Assembly: GCA_963699965.1 (NCBI GenBank)
Contig: CAVOVX010000004.1
Location: forward strand, 452,944 to 516,943
Direction of reading: 5' to 3'
Source of the DNA: an uncultured Chloroflexia bacterium
GTDB lineage: Bacteria > Chloroflexota > Limnocylindria > Limnocylindrales > CSP1-4
Length of the DNA stretch: 64,000 nt
Positions 37,828 to 49,020 of the stretch are shown here, one piece after another (positions within the stretch are counted from its first letter, which is position 1; each line of letters opens with the position of its first letter). The notes beneath the pieces are model-generated. The model was given only the letters and a program-made list of their open reading frames with translations. It was not told where the DNA came from and did not search any database. Made by a program: the position numbers and the translations under genes.

Positions 37828-38353
37828 CCGCCGATCCGGCGGCACTCGGGCGACGCTCGCCGAGGAGGCCGGTCTCGTTGGCTCCGGCGTCGATGGCCAG
37901 GGTCGTCGTCGGGTCGAGCTCGGTGGGGTGGCGCTCCAGATCGTGGCGATCGGCTGGGCGACCGTCGAGCTCGATCGAGCGTCTGCGAGCTCGCCGGAGC
38001 GGTCGTCGGAGCGCGCCGCTTCGGCCGTGATCTTCGAGCCGGGTGCACCGGACGATCTGCTCGGCGCCACCGGCCGGGTGGGTCGTCCGATGACCAACGG
38101 ACCGACCGTCGTCCTCCTCGAGCCGGGCACCGAGGGGCTGCTCGCGGCCGCGCTGGCCCGTCGAGGCGAGGGACCGGCGGTGCTGTTCCTCGCGACCGTC
38201 GACGGTTCCCTCCCGGCCGCCCTCGACCGCCTCGCGTCGGCCGGCATCCGGACCCGGTCCGGCCACGGACCGTTCGGCGAGGCGGTGCTCGTGCTCGGGC
38301 GCCCGACCGGAGAGCCGCAGCTCATCGTCGTCGCGGTACCATCCGGGTCATGA
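37824..38353 (+). pseudogene. glyoxalase/VOC-like domain protein, start region out of frame
   Basis: GTG 37824 overlaps the upstream stop, but the convincing frame is that of track ORF 37733..38353: LQIVAIGWATVELDRA...TVVLLEPGTEGLLAAALARRGEGPAVLFL...GPFGEAVLVL. The stop overlaps the next ATG (ATGA 38350). Confidence 0.35.
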
Positions 38354-38793
38354 TCGACGAGCAGCCCATCACCCTTCGCCCGGCCAGCGTGGCCGACGCC
38401 GCCCGGATCGCCGCGCTGTTCACCGACGAGGGCTATCCGGCGGCCACTTCGGCCCTCGCCGATCGGATCGCGCGGTTCACCGCCGCCGAGCGGCCATGTC
38501 ATCGTGGCCGAGGACGCCGGCGAGATCCTCGGCTTCGTGGCCGTCCACGTCATGCCCCGGTTCGAGCACGACGACACGATCGCCCGGGTGCTCGCCCTCG
38601 TCGTCGATGCCGGGGCGCGCGGGTCGGGGCGTCGGCCACGACCTGATGGCGGCCGCCGACGGGATCGCTCGCGACGCCGGAGCGGCCTTCATCGAGGTGA
38701 CTGCCGGCTCATCATCGGCCGGAGGCTCGTCACCTGTACGAGGCGATGGGCTACGACGCGACGGTGACCGCCTACCTGCGGAAGCGACTCTGA
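38350..38793 (+). pseudogene. GNAT-family N-acetyltransferase, about three frame changes
   Basis: MIDEQPITLRPASVADAARIAALFTDEGYP / VIVAEDAGEILGFVAVHVMPRFEHDDTIARVLALVVDAGARGSG / VGHDLMAAADGIARDAGAAFIEVTAG / HLYEAMGYDATVTAYLRKRL* (TGA 38791-38793). Confidence 0.65.
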
Positions 38794-38799
38794 CCGAAG

Positions 38800-40046
38800 C
38801 CGGCGCGGAGCCCCGCTTCCCGCACCTTCGACTGCGGACCGCGCCGCCCGGCCTGCTCGAGCTGCCGTGGGAGCTTCCGCTCGCCGACTGGCCGGCGGCC
38901 GCGATCGACTTCCGCGAGCTCCAGGTCGGCCCGTCGCGCCACCTCGTCCGGTTCGTCGCCGATGGCGGCGTCACTCTACGCGCTGAAGGAGGAGCCGCTC
39001 GAGATCGCCCGGCGCGAGTACGAGGTGCTCCGCCGGCTCGAGGCGGCCGAACTGCCGGCGGTCATCCCGACCGGGCTGGCCGAGGCACCGGAGCGGTCCG
39101 AGGCGATCCTGGTCACGACGTACCTGGCCCACTCGCTCCAGTACCGCCGCCTGCTGATGCGTCTCCCGTCGGGCTCGACGACCGACCGTGACCGGCTCCT
39201 CGACGCGATGGCCTCGCTGCTGGTCGACCTCCACCGGGGCGGGGTCTACTGGGGCGACTGCTCGCTCGCGAACACGCTCTTCCGACGTGACGGCGACAAG
39301 ATCCAGGCTTATCTCGTCGATGCCGAGACGAGCGAGGTCCACCCCTCGCTGTCCGACGGCCAGCGAGCGTACGACCTCGAGATCCTCGTCGAGAACGTGG
39401 CGTTCGGCCTGGCCGACCTGGCCGTCTACAACGATCGCCAGGACGAGATCGACGAGGCGATCCTGGCCGCCGAGAGCGTCCGCAGCCGGTACCGTGCCGC
39501 TGTGGGACGAGCTCCACGCCGAGGTCCAGCTCGGCGCCGACGACCGATTCGCGGTCGGAGCCCGCGTCCGCCGCCTGAACGACCTCGGGTTCTCGGTCGA
39601 CGAGATCGAGCTCGAGCCCGGCGATCGGGACGGCAAGCTTCGCCTCCGGGTCGCGGTGACCACCCGCCGCTTCCACACCCGCGAGCTCGAGCGGCTGACC
39701 GGGATCCGGGCCCTCGAGGGCCAGGCGAGGATCCTCATGAACGATCTGCGCGAGTACCGGGCGTGGGTCGAATGGTTCGAGAAGCGCCGGCTCGACCGGG
39801 CCGAAGGCGCGGCGCGCTGGCTCCACCACGTGTACGAGCCGACCGTCGCCCGGCTGCGCGGCAGCGGTCGACGCCGGACGCGACCTCGTCCAGGCGTACT
39901 GCGATGTGCTCGAGCACAAGTGGCTGCTGTCCGAGCAGGCCGGGCGCGACATCGGGCTCGAGCGGGCGCTGGAGTCGTACCTGGCGATCGGCGCCCCGGC
40001 CCCGGAGGCGGACCCCGCTCCCTCGGCCGAGGGCGATCTGGTCTAG
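38800..40046 (+). pseudogene. DUF4032 (LPS-kinase-like) domain protein, about three frame changes, start codon not identified
   Basis: PHLRLRTAPPGLLELPWELPLADW..VGPSRHLVRFVADGG / LYALKEEPLEIARREYEVLRRLEAAELPAV..LLVDLHRGGVYWGDCSLANTLFRRDGDKIQAYLVDAETSEVHPSLSDGQRAYDLEILVENV / LWDELHAEVQLGADDRFAVGARVRRLNDLGFSVDEIE..LTGIRALEGQARILMNDL / DLVQAYCDVLEHKWLLSEQAGRDIGLERALESYL. Confidence 0.6.
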
Positions 40047-40086
40047 ATCGGCTCGTCGTCGACGGACGCGGTGCAGACGCACGGGT

Positions 40087-41049
40087 ATGGCTTCGCGTCC
40101 CATGTCAGTCGACCTGCCGCCCCGACTCGCCACGACGTCCGTCATCCAGGTCCGCGACCTGCGCAAGACCTACGGGGAGATCCACGCCGTCGACGGCGTC
40201 TCGTTCGAGGTACGACGCGGAGAGGTCTTCGGTCTGCTCGGGCCGAACGGCGCCGGCAAGACCACGACGGTCGAGATGCTCGAGGGCCTGCGCAAGCCGG
40301 ACGCGGGTCAGCTCGAGATCCTAGGCCTCGATGCAGTGGGGCAGCCCGACGCGCTCAAGGAGCGGATCGGCGTCACGCTCCAGACGGCCGAGCTCTACCC
40401 GAAGCTGACGGTGGTCGAGGTCCTCGACCTGTTCCGGAGCTTCTACGCGCGAACCCTGCCGACCGAGCAGCTCGTCGAGTTCCTCGACCTGACCGAGCGG
40501 CGGAACGCGCTGACTCGGGAGCTGTCGGGCGGCCAGCGACAACGGCTCGCGGTCGCCCTTGCCCTCGTCAACGACCCCGAGGTCGTCTTCCTCGACGAAC
40601 CCACGACCGGTCTCGACCCGGCCGCTCGCCGGTCGCTGTGGGACCTCGTCGAGCGTCTGCGGGAGCAGGGCAAGACGATCCTCCTGACGACCCACTACAT
40701 GGAGGAGGCCGACCACCTCTGCGACCGGCTGGCGATCATGGACCACGGCAAGATCCTCGAGATGGGTACCTCGAGCGAGCTCATCGACCGACGGTTCAAG
40801 GAGCGCGCAGTGCGCTTCGACACGCTCGCCGGACTCGACGACGGCGAGCTGGCCGCGTTGCCCGGCGTGACCTCGGTCAAGCACGACGAGGAGTCGACGT
40901 CGCTCTACACGAACGACGTCCCGCTGACCATCGGGGCGCTCCTGGCGCTGACCGAGTCGCGTGGCCTCGAGCCGGACAACCTCGGCATTCGCAAGGCCAC
41001 CCTCGAGGACGTCTTCCTCGAGCTCACCGGCCGGGCGCTCAGGGACTGA
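40087..41049 (+). CDS. ABC transporter ATP-binding protein (ABC-2/DrrA-like)
   Basis: ATG 40087 in frame with composite track ORF 38962..41049. GLLGPNGAGKTTT (Walker A), LSGGQRQRLAVALAL (signature), VVFLDEPTTGLD (Walker B). Intact. Alternative ATG at 40102. Confidence 0.9.
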   Translation: MASRPMSVDLPPRLATTSVIQVRDLRKTYGEIHAVDGVSFEVRRGEVFGLLGPNGAGKTTTVEMLEGLRKPDAGQLEILGLDAVGQPDALKERIGVTLQTAELYPKLTVVEVLDLFRSFYARTLPTEQLVEFLDLTERRNALTRELSGGQRQRLAVALALVNDPEVVFLDEPTTGLDPAARRSLWDLVERLREQGKTILLTTHYMEEADHLCDRLAIMDHGKILEMGTSSELIDRRFKERAVRFDTLAGLDDGELAALPGVTSVKHDEESTSLYTNDVPLTIGALLALTESRGLEPDNLGIRKATLEDVFLELTGRALRD

Positions 41050-41061
41050 CGGCGAAGGGCG

Positions 41062-42151
41062 ATGAAGGCGCTGCGGGCCCTGACCATCGCCAATATCCGG
41101 GGCTACCTGCGCGACCGCCAGGCGCTCTTCTGGACGCTGGCGTTCCCGCTCCTGTTCGTCGCCCTGTTCGGGCTCATCTTCTCCGGGAGCAACAACACCA
41201 TCACGGTGGCCTGGGTCGACCAGGATGCCTCGCCGGCGGCGGCCCAGCTCCGCTCGGCGTTTGCCTCGGCCCCGAACGTCAAGCTCGTGGACTCCGCTCT
41301 CGACCCGGCGCTCCAGGCGATGAAGAACAGCGACAACTCGGGCGTCATCGTCGTCCCGAAGGGCTACGCCGACGCTGTCGCGGCGGCCACGGTCGACCAG
41401 TCGAAGCCGGCCACGATCACGTACTACGTGGACCCGAGCCAGCAGAGCTCGTCGGGGGCGATGGTGTCGTACGTCAACGGGACCCTCGCGATCGTCAACC
41501 TCGGCGGTCGCCCGGTTGCGATCACCAGCCAGCCCAGGCCGATCCAGACCGACCGGCTGAACGCCGTCTCGTACCTCGTCCCGAGCATCCTCGGGATGGC
41601 CCTCATGCAGACCGGGATCTTCGCCGCGATCCCGCTCGTCGCCGATCGCCAGAAGCTGATCCTCAAGCGACTCGCGGCCACCCCGCTCAAGCGCTGGCAG
41701 CTGATCGGCTCGAACGTGATCATGCGGCTGCTGATCGCGCTCGTCCAGTTCATCCTGATCGTCGGCGTGGGGGTGGCCTGGTTCAAGATCACGATCGTCG
41801 GCAGCCTTGTCGCGATCGCGGCGCTGGCCATCCTCGGCTCGCTGGCGTTCACCTCGCTCGGCTACGTCATCGCCACCATCGCCAAGACCGAGGACGCAGC
41901 GAACGGGATGACGAGCGCGGTCCAGTTCCCGATGATGTTCCTGTCAGGCACGTTCTTCCCGATCGACGCTGATGCCGGACGCCCTCCAGACGGTCGCCCG
42001 GTTCCTGCCGCTGACCTACCTGTCCGACGCCCTCCGCCAGGTGATGGTCGGTGGGGCGGCCTATGCGCCGCTGGGGGTCTGCGTCGCAGTCCTCGCCGTC
42101 TGGACGGTGGCCTGCTTCGGCTTCGCCGCGCGCCGCTTCGAGTGGCAGTAG
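41062..42151 (+). pseudogene. ABC-2 type transporter permease, one extra base near 41968
   Basis: Track ORF 41062..42408 is good to ...MMFLSGTFFPID. The natural end MMPDALQTVARFLPLTYLSDALRQVMVGGAAYAPLGVCVAVLAVWTVACFGFAARRFEWQ* is in the next frame (TAG 42149-42151). Confidence 0.8.
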
Positions 42152-42160
42152 CCAGCAGGG

Positions 42161-42682
42161 CTACCAGCGCTCCTCGTGGACCATCTCGGCGAGCGGCCGC
42201 CGCCCGCCCGGCCGGAGCGGGGCGGCGAGCGCGGCGGGATCGGCCGGATAGCCGAACGACAGGAGGTACTCGCACCAGCGGTCGGCGGGGTAGGCCAGGA
42301 TTCGGCGGGCCAGGTCCTGCTCGTAGACGGTGGCCGGGACGCTGCCGATCCCGAGCTCCCAGGCCGCCAGCATCATGTTCTCGGCCGCCTGGCCGAGATC
42401 GAACATGATCGACAGCGGCTGACCCGCCGCGCGCGGATCGGGCGTGACCAGGGCGATCGCGACGGCAGCCCCGGCGAGATGCCCGGCCCACGGCCCGACC
42501 GGCGCCAGCTCGGCCAGCCTGGCTCGGTCGCGCACCACGATGAAGTCCCAGCGCTGGCTGTTCTTCGAGCTGCCGGCTCGACGCCCGGCGCGCAGGATCC
42601 GATCGATCGCTTCGTCCGGCAGCGGGCGGTCCGCGAACTGCCGGATCGCCCGCTTCGTCCGGATGGCGTCCCAGGCCGTCAT
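42161..42682 (-). CDS. nitroreductase-family protein
   Basis: Track ORF 42161..42682, intact. MTAWDAIRTKRAIRQFADRPLPDEAIDRILRAGRRAGSSKNSQRWDFIVV... Confidence 0.85.
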   Translation of the reverse strand: MTAWDAIRTKRAIRQFADRPLPDEAIDRILRAGRRAGSSKNSQRWDFIVVRDRARLAELAPVGPWAGHLAGAAVAIALVTPDPRAAGQPLSIMFDLGQAAENMMLAAWELGIGSVPATVYEQDLARRILAYPADRWCEYLLSFGYPADPAALAAPLRPGGRRPLAEMVHEERW

Positions 42683-43764
42683 GGGCGGGGGGCCGCCGAC
42701 CTGCCGGCCATCGCCCGCGACCCGGTGCCGCCGCCCGATCTCCGACCAGTGACGTCTCCGGTTCGGGCAGGCGGCGGGCGTCCGTTGCGGCGGCGGCGTC
42801 GGCGGCCGCCTCGGGGCTGAGCGGCCCGCCGAGCTCGCGAGCGAGGAACGCGGCGACGGTCCGGCGATAGGCCTCGTCCTCGTACGACCAGCTGTGGGCG
42901 CCCCCTTCGACGACGAGCAGCTCGACCGCAGCGGGCCGCGGCGAGCCGCGTCGGGAGTCGAGGGCGGCCCGGGCGAGCCGGTCGGCGTGCTCGACCGGCA
43001 TCACCGAGTCGTCCCGCCCGTGGGCGATCAGGAGCGGTCCCGAGATAGCGCTCGACCGCGTGTCGGGCGCTGATGGCCCGGAGCGCGTGCCCGCGCGGTC
43101 GGACGAAGACCCGGCTCGTCAACCAGGCGAGCGGGGTCGCCACGGGTCCCGGGAACGGCAGCCGGGCGAGGCGGAACGTCTGGCGGACCATCCGCCGTGG
43201 GTCGGACGGCGCCGAGACGCTGACGACCGCCGCGACCCGGGGATCGGCAGCCGCCGCGAGGATCGCGCCGGCACCGCCCATCGAGTGGCCCCAGATCGCT
43301 CCACGCGTGACCTCGGGTCGATCCACCAGCACCGCGAAGCCGGCTGCGGCGTCCAGCCCGTATTCGCCGAGGCTGACCGGCAGGCTCTCGGCCGGGTTGG
43401 CGCCATTGCCACGAACGTCGAACGTCAGGCAATGGAATCCCGCGGCATGCAGGAACAGCGCCGTCGGCAGCGTCCGGTCGCGGGCGGAGTCCCAGCCATG
43501 GACGAGAACGACGCCCGGACCGGGAGCACTGCCCCGGGCGGGGATGAACCAGGCTGGGAGGTCGACGCCCGCGGACGGGACCGTCGTCTCCTCGAACAGC
43601 AGATCGAAGTCCGCCGGGCTGAACCGCGGCGGGCGACGGAGCGGGAACCCGGCCCGCACCCGGTAGACGTGCGCGAACCGGAATGCGGCGACGAGCGGAG
43701 CGATGGTCAGGCCGGCGACGATGCCGGCGCGACGCTTGGAAGGCACGACCCAAGGGGACGACAC
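42679..43764 (-). pseudogene. alpha/beta hydrolase (membrane-anchored), at least two frame changes
   Basis: Track ORF 42679..43764: VVLVHGWDSARD, AIWGHSMGGAGA (GxSxG). After ...RHAVERY the frame moves to GPLLIAHGRDDSVMPVEHADRLA...LLVVEGGAHSW (frame of 41862..43004). Only the first frame supplies a stop (42679) before the nitroreductase start. Confidence 0.65.
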
Positions 43765-43804
43765 GCCGCCCGGCCTGTCAAGCGACGCCCGGTAGACTGG
43801 TCGG

Positions 43805-44505
43805 GTGACCAGGCGGGAACCTCATGCCGTGCTCGGGCTCAAGCCAGGGGCCTCGGCCAGTGCGATCAAGGCGGCCTGGCGACGGCTCGCCCGGGAGCAT
43901 CACCCCGACGTGTCGGGCCGCGACCCGGCGGCGGCCCGAGCCGCAACCAGGCGGATGGCCGAGATCAACAGCGCCTACGAGCAGCTCCGTGAGAGCCCGC
44001 TGCACGGCGGCGCGCACGGGGACCCAGGCCAGGCGCTCCGGGGGGCCGCCGCCTCCGAAGCCCACCAGGCCGGTCACCGCCCGACTCGACACGTCCGACA
44101 TCCTCCATCCGCGCAACGCCACGACCTCCCGAGCCGACGGTCGTCGACGCGCATCCTCCCGGCCAGCCCCCGATCCGCTCGCGAGCGGCCGACACCGGTC
44201 CGCGCCGGGCATCGGATCCGAACGGACCGCTCGTCAGGTCGCGGGTTCGGCGTTTCCGACCTCCGCCCCGACCGAGCCTCGAGCAGGCGCTGGCGACCGA
44301 GATGCCGTTCGGCAAGTTCCACGGTCACACGCTCGGCGAGATCGCCGGCTTCGAGCCGTCCTATGTCGACTGGATGGCCTCGACGATCAGCCGCAACCCG
44401 GAGCTGCTGGCCGCCGCTCGGGTCCTGCGCGAGGATCTCGACCGGCGGGGGATCGTCCGTCGCAGCCGGGCGATCAGGACGCCGCCGGGGCCGCCGACCG
44501 ACTGA
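43805..44505 (+). pseudogene. J-domain protein with C-terminal DUF3820-like domain, at least one frame change in the low-complexity linker
   Basis: GTG 43805: EPHAVLGLKPGASASAIKAAWRRLAREHHPDVSG...MAEINSAYEQL (HPD J-domain). The C-terminus is in track ORF 44302..44505: MPFGKFHGHTLGEIAGFEPSYVDWMAS. Confidence 0.55.
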
Positions 44506-44532
44506 CCCGACCGGCGCGCCACGCCGGAAACG

Positions 44533-44565
44533 ACGATCGCCCCCGGTGCCCTCGGAGGCGATCGT
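44533..44565 (+). terminator. 9-bp stem hairpin after the J-domain gene
   Basis: ACGATCGCC (44533-44541) pairs with GGCGATCGT (44557-44565), 15-nt loop. Starts 28 nt after the stop at 44505. Confidence 0.4.
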
Positions 44566-44979
44566 GTGGGAAGCTCTGGAAGAGAAGAATTATTCCTGCC
44601 GTCGTTCCGAGTCCACCGGGCCTGCCGGCCGATCGCTCATGGTTGCTCGGTTCGTAGCCTGGGATCGTCGGGCCGTTGATTGACCGGTCGTGGCGATATG
44701 CCCTGCCCGGTCCTGCACATTCGGCTTGTTCGACTCCAGACCCGTGACCGACGCCTCAGGGTTCGTTCCCGCGGCTCGCTCGACGGCGTGCCTGAACCGT
44801 AGCCGATCAACCGGGCCCGAGCCAATAGCCGACTCGTCCCGGCCGGAGGCGGGCGATGGTTGGGCGCACCGACGCACCACCACAGGACGGAGGTACCGAA
44901 TGGCAAGGTCTGCGAAGAGGGCCGTCCCGCACGAGTCGTGCTCCGGGCGCGGTTCCGGTCGCGGCGCTAAATTCCGACC

Positions 44980-45573
44980 GTGCTCCCGACCATGCCCGTG
45001 CGCTTGCCTGTGCTCGCCCTGCTCGCTCTCGTCGTCGTCACCGCCTGCAGCTCGGCGGCGGCGCCGGCTTCGTTCGACCCGGCCCAGCCGTGCAGCGGTG
45101 CCGACGAGCAGCGGATGTCCGGCGCCTATCCCGAGCTCGAGGCGGCGGTTCCCGCCCTGCTGGCCGGCGAGCCGGCGACGGTTCGCGAGTCCGGGCGCTA
45201 TTGCTCGCCCACGACGCTCGGTAAGCTCGCCGAGGCGGGGATCGGCGAGGCCCGTTTCGGGGCCGCGACCTGGGATCGCGGCAGCGGCAAGGCGATGAGC
45301 CTCGTCGTGTTCGATGCAGCCGGGCTCACCCCTGACATCGTCTACGAGTCGTACCTCAGCGGCGCCCAGTTGAACGAGAAGATCCACGACCTCCAGACGA
45401 GCACCCCGACGATCGCCGGACAGCCCGCCCACCGGATGGACTTCCTCAACGGCAATTCGTCGTTCCAGCGGATCCTCATCTGGCCGGGCGACCGGCCCGG
45501 GCTCGTCCGCGTCGTTCTGGCCGCCGACACCGTCGATGCGGAGATCCAGGCCGCTGCCGACGCCTTCCACTGA
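44980..45573 (+). CDS. lipoprotein, unknown function
   Basis: Track ORF 44980..45573 (GTG; ATG at 44992). LPVLALLALVVVTAC lipobox. Balanced composition. Intact. Confidence 0.6.
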   Translation: MLPTMPVRLPVLALLALVVVTACSSAAAPASFDPAQPCSGADEQRMSGAYPELEAAVPALLAGEPATVRESGRYCSPTTLGKLAEAGIGEARFGAATWDRGSGKAMSLVVFDAAGLTPDIVYESYLSGAQLNEKIHDLQTSTPTIAGQPAHRMDFLNGNSSFQRILIWPGDRPGLVRVVLAADTVDAEIQAAADAFH

Positions 45574-45615
45574 CCGCTCCGGGGCCGGCGCAGGGCCCGT
45601 GCTATCGTCGGCGCC

Positions 45616-47290
<1,675 letters not shown>

Positions 47291-47313
47291 CCCGACGCAG
47301 CCCCGAACCGGGT

Positions 47314-47820
47314 GTGGCACCGGGTACCATCGTCGGGATGTACCTCGATGCCCTGTCGTTCCTGGAGGACGAGCGCGATGGCTGGCGTCCCTTCGAGGCG
47401 CTCGACGAGCTGACCGACGACCAGCTGTCGGTCCAGCCCGAGGGCGCCCACGGCTGGTCCGGGCGCGACCTGATTGCCCACCTCACGAGCGGGCTCGAGC
47501 TCAGCCTGACCGTCGCCCGCGAGCTCGCCGTGAACGAGTCGAGCCCGACCAAGGTCGAGTGGGATGCCGACTGGGACGCTCGTGGCGATGAGATCAACCA
47601 GGAAATCCAGGTCGCCTGGCTGGCCCTGCCGATGGACGAGGTCCGGCGCCGCTTCCGGACGGTCCCGGGCGAGCTGCGCGGCTACCTGACGGTCGTTCCT
47701 GAGACCCGCTGGATCAAGAACGCCGAGTACGAGGAGTTCTTCCTCAGCGAGACGATCGACCACTACGAGGCCCACGTGGCCGATCTCGCGGCTGTCCTCG
47801 GCTCAGCCGGTCGAGCCTGA
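47314..47820 (+). CDS. DinB / mycothiol-dependent maleylpyruvate isomerase N-terminal-like protein
   Basis: Track ORF 47314..47820, intact. WSGRDLIAHLTSGLELSLTVAREL ... ETIDHYEAHVADLAAVL (His-containing DinB-type helices). Alternative ATG at 47338. Confidence 0.6.
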   Translation: MAPGTIVGMYLDALSFLEDERDGWRPFEALDELTDDQLSVQPEGAHGWSGRDLIAHLTSGLELSLTVARELAVNESSPTKVEWDADWDARGDEINQEIQVAWLALPMDEVRRRFRTVPGELRGYLTVVPETRWIKNAEYEEFFLSETIDHYEAHVADLAAVLGSAGRA

Positions 47821-47824
47821 TCCG

Positions 47825-48139
47825 GTGAGCGCGACCCTCGCCGAGGCGCTGGCCGCCGCGGGCGCCAGCCTGGGCGTGCCCGGACGGACCGAGCCGGGTC
47901 GTGGCTCGGTCGACTACCTGCGCGCGGACCGGCTCTTCGCCGTCGTCGAGGCGGGCGGAGTGGGAGCCTCGTTCCATCTCGCACCGGCCGTCGCCGAGGC
48001 GGCGATCAGGACGCCGGACACGAGCCCGTCGGCCCGGGGCCGGGGCTGGGTCACGCTGGCGCCGGCGGTCCTCGACGACCACGCGATCGATCGGGTGACC
48101 GCCTGGTTCGAGAGCGCCTGGCGGATCGCCGCCGACTGA
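47825..48139 (+). CDS. hypothetical protein (104 aa)
   Basis: Track ORF 47825..48139. Coding-like composition, 4 nt after the previous stop. No motif recognized. Confidence 0.45.
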   Translation: MSATLAEALAAAGASLGVPGRTEPGRGSVDYLRADRLFAVVEAGGVGASFHLAPAVAEAAIRTPDTSPSARGRGWVTLAPAVLDDHAIDRVTAWFESAWRIAAD

Positions 48140-48217
48140 GCCCCGGTCAGACGAAGACCCCGGCGCAGCCAGGGTCTCGTGGCGATCGGTTGAAGGCGAG
48201 CCTGCGGCCCGCCGGGA

Positions 48218-48589
48218 TCAGGCCTGCGGCTCGGCTGGCTGGGCCTCGGCGACCACCGGAGTGGCGAACTCGGCCAGACCGAACTGCTGCTCGAGCTGCT
48301 CCATCGGCCGGAAGCCGACGACGCCCTGGGGCTGGGCCCCGGGCTTGAAGAACGCGATCGTGGGGATGCTCATGATGTTGAACGCCCGCGACAGGCCCGG
48401 GTTCGCGTCGACATCGACCTTGACCACGTCGACCTGACCGTCGTACTTCGCGGCGATCTTCTCCATCTCGGGTGCGACCATCTTGCACGGACCGCACCAC
48501 GTCGCCCAGAAGTCGACGACGACCGGGCGCTCGTTCTTGAGGACGACTTCCTCGAACGTCGCATCGGTCACTACCTTGATCTCGGCCAT
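48218..48589 (-). CDS. trxA: thioredoxin
   Basis: ATG 48589 within shadow-extended track ORF 48218..48961. MAEIKVVTDATFEEVVLKNERPVVVDFWATWCGPCKMVAPEMEKIA (WCGPC). Confidence 0.9.
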   Translation of the reverse strand: MAEIKVVTDATFEEVVLKNERPVVVDFWATWCGPCKMVAPEMEKIAAKYDGQVDVVKVDVDANPGLSRAFNIMSIPTIAFFKPGAQPQGVVGFRPMEQLEQQFGLAEFATPVVAEAQPAEPQA

Positions 48590-48630
48590 CTGGCGCGGAT
48601 CCTTTCTCCCGCTCGGCGGGTCACGAGCGC

Positions 48631-48930
48631 CTAGCCGGCGATCGTCTGAATGAGTCGATACGCCTCGAGGACCCGTGGGTCGGCGAGGCGGTAGAAGATG
48701 GTGTTGCCTTCGCGCCGGCTCGTGACGAGACCGACGTTGCGCAGCACCGCGAGGTGCTGGCTCATGTTGGGAACCTGGCAGCCGACCCGCGAGCTGAGAT
48801 CGCTGACCGACAGCTCGCCGATCGCGAGCGACTCGAGGACACACAGGCGCTTGGGATCCGCCAGGGCCCGTCCGATCGCCGCGTAACGCTCGCGATCCGC
48901 CTCGGCAGATACCGGGAGGTAGTCCAACAC
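48631..48930 (-). CDS. ArsR/SmtB-family transcriptional regulator
   Basis: Track ORF 48631..48930. LADPKRLCVLESLAIGELSVSDLSSRVGCQVPNMSQHLAVLRNVGLVTSRREGNTIFYRL. Confidence 0.85.
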   Translation of the reverse strand: MLDYLPVSAEADRERYAAIGRALADPKRLCVLESLAIGELSVSDLSSRVGCQVPNMSQHLAVLRNVGLVTSRREGNTIFYRLADPRVLEAYRLIQTIAG

Positions 48931-48947
48931 GCGTCGACCGTATCACG

Positions 48948-48967
48948 ACTTGCGCAAACACGCAAGT
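48948..48967. promoter_or_regulatory. 7-6-7 inverted repeat ACTTGCG-CAAACA-CGCAAGT, candidate ArsR operator
   Basis: Seen directly, 18 nt upstream of the arsR-like start. Lies in the divergent intergenic region shared with the 49021 gene. Confidence 0.45.
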
Positions 48968-49020
48968 TAGGACAATTGGGTCGTGGCCGGCCCGAGCGTG
49001 TGCTCTGCGATACTGCGGCG

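Noticed and set aside
44506-44979. RNase P RNA, tmRNA, SRP RNA or cobalamin riboswitch in the large gap upstream of the lipoprotein and mutase genes
   Set aside because: None of the signatures I know was found on either strand. I looked for GAGGAAAGTCCGGGC, a tRNA-like GGTTCGA(A/T)TCC..CCA end, GGAAGG-AGCA (SRP domain IV), and the GCCACTG B12 box. It is kept only as an unassigned structured gap.
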